64,000 bases of DNA, taken from Vicugna vicugna. Lineage: Eukaryota. Both the position numbers and the translations under genes were made by a program. The stretch is from contig MU061579.1 in the NCBI GenBank assembly GCA_013265495.1, positions 7,168,124-7,232,123 of the forward strand, read 5' to 3'. The notes beneath the pieces were generated by a model. It did no database searches. It was not told the DNA's origin and worked only from the letters and a program-made list of their open reading frames with translations. Shown here in pieces: positions 62,575 to 64,000 of the stretch (positions within the stretch are counted from its first letter, which is position 1; each line of letters starts with the position of its first letter).

Positions 62575-64000
62575 GCAACTCACTGTGTTTAACGTTTTTA
62601 TTTTTAACTCTGCTTTGGTAGTACAAAAGCCGTAAAAGTACAAACCGGACAGTTAAAAATACATCTGACACTCAAAATGGTGAAAAATTCCCTTTACAAA
62701 TGTTGACATCAAGGTGGTAGCCAACTCACTTATCACATCAGCAGTTAGTCCAGCATTAGTGTTTTATACAGTTACTTTGTTGTGGTTCCCTGAACCTTCC
62801 AAAGTAGGAGGAAAAACACAGAAGGCCTGTAAACATCAGTTGCTTTGGGAACACTCAGGAATCCTTATTAGATAATATGAACCAGTAAAAAGCATATGTG
62901 TTGAAAATATTGAATTGCTTAACATTTGGCATATTTGAAGCCACCTGGAAAACCACTGCTCAAGGATTAGAAAATATTTAAAACGTGCTCTTAGTATAAA
63001 TACAATTTTAAATATTTCTGAGTATTTTCTTGCCTGTTGTATTGCTATCAAAAAAAAGTGCTCTGATTTGAATAAAATTAAAAAATAATTAAAGCTAAAG
63101 AATATCTTATACTTTATCCCTCACCATTTGGAGGGCAAAATAATTTTAAAACAAAAAAATGATTTTTAAAAACTAAAATGGTTGGTCTAGACTGCACATA
63201 CATTATTTACACTAATACACACCCCCAAAATTCCTATGTTGCTACTTTCTGGACCTCAGTGAAATTTACTTCCACACTGACTTCTTCGAGTCCATTGTGT
63301 GTATTCACATACACACATACACCTTTTAACTAGTTGTCAGCAAAAATTCATGTGAAATTGAACCAACCATTCATTTAAAAGGTTAGAAATTTTTAGTTTG
63401 ATGCCAAAAAAAAAGAATGAAATGAGTATATTTACAGTAATATAAAGTACATTTTGATGGGAATCATCTTTTGTGAGTCAAATGAGAAATGTGTTTTCTT
63501 TTCGAAATAAAAGAAGTATCCAAGGCACCACACCAACACTGCCATCCATGGAGGCAGGTCTCAGAGATTTCCCTGTGACTGGACGCCCTCACCCCCTGAC
63601 CCAGACCTACCGCAAATGTACTGCTACCTTGCCTCTGGGTCCTTTCAGGTGTTTTGTAAACTGCAAAGTTAAAAAAAAAAACCCAAATACCCAAAAAACC
63701 GGTAGGGTATTCCATGCCTACAGGGGAAAGTAATCCTCAAGAGTCCTTTATAGGGAGCATGAGTTACAAGACAGAGAACAGGAAACTCACCAAGGACAAC
63801 ATACCAGAGGGAGGTGTGGGCCCATCTTGTACCGAAAGTGGAGACTGTCTTGTTTTATCAAAACAAGACTTCTTCTTAGTGACTTTAAACCATTTCCTCC
63901 TTTATTCAATGGCTAAGTAAGATTTGCTTAGGTTGAGTTAAAAAAAAACAACACAAGAACAACCCAAACTCTCAATATTTTATAAGTGACCTAGGAGTGG
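62575..64000 (-). other. Candidate 3' UTR end of a convergent gene (possibly RELL1)
   Basis: Unique AT-rich sequence; - strand AATAAA at 62602-62597 with three upstream UGUA motifs (+ strand taca at 62622, 62639, 62660). Identity rests only on recalled human gene order C4orf19 -> <- RELL1. Confidence 0.4.

Noticed and set aside
1..64000. CRISPR array, operon, rRNA, snRNA/snoRNA or proviral gag/pol/env
   Set aside because: No regularly spaced repeats, prokaryotic gene organisation, recognisable structural RNA or ERV internal coding sequence seen; the LTRs are solo or fragmentary

Overview
Mammalian genomic DNA, most likely a camelid (alpaca, llama or camel), judged from two camelid-type tRNA-derived SINEs and lineage-type L1 3' ends. 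The window is repeat-rich and mostly non-coding. One protein-coding gene is recognisable: C4orf19/PGCKA1 on the + strand, with two coding exons (49961-49992 and 51038-51965, GT-AG intron, 319 aa, N-terminus MGCRCCK). The first ~46 kb is most simply read as its long 5' intron or upstream region. It holds an RPL39 processed pseudogene (- strand, two premature stops), a near full-length fossil Tigger1 transposon, many L1/L2/MIR/MLT1/hAT/Tigger fossils (some nested, with visible target-site duplications), a strong CTCF-like motif and an assembly gap. The last ~1.4 kb may be the 3' UTR end of a convergent - strand gene (RELL1 by recalled synteny). I found no convincing previously undescribed biological system. 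The best leads are an out-of-frame uORF overlapping the C4orf19 start codon, a very CpG-rich coding exon suggestive of GC-biased gene conversion, a candidate internal promoter/first exon, and an unexplained hairpin. Repeat family names come from recalled consensus sequences, and their boundaries are approximate.
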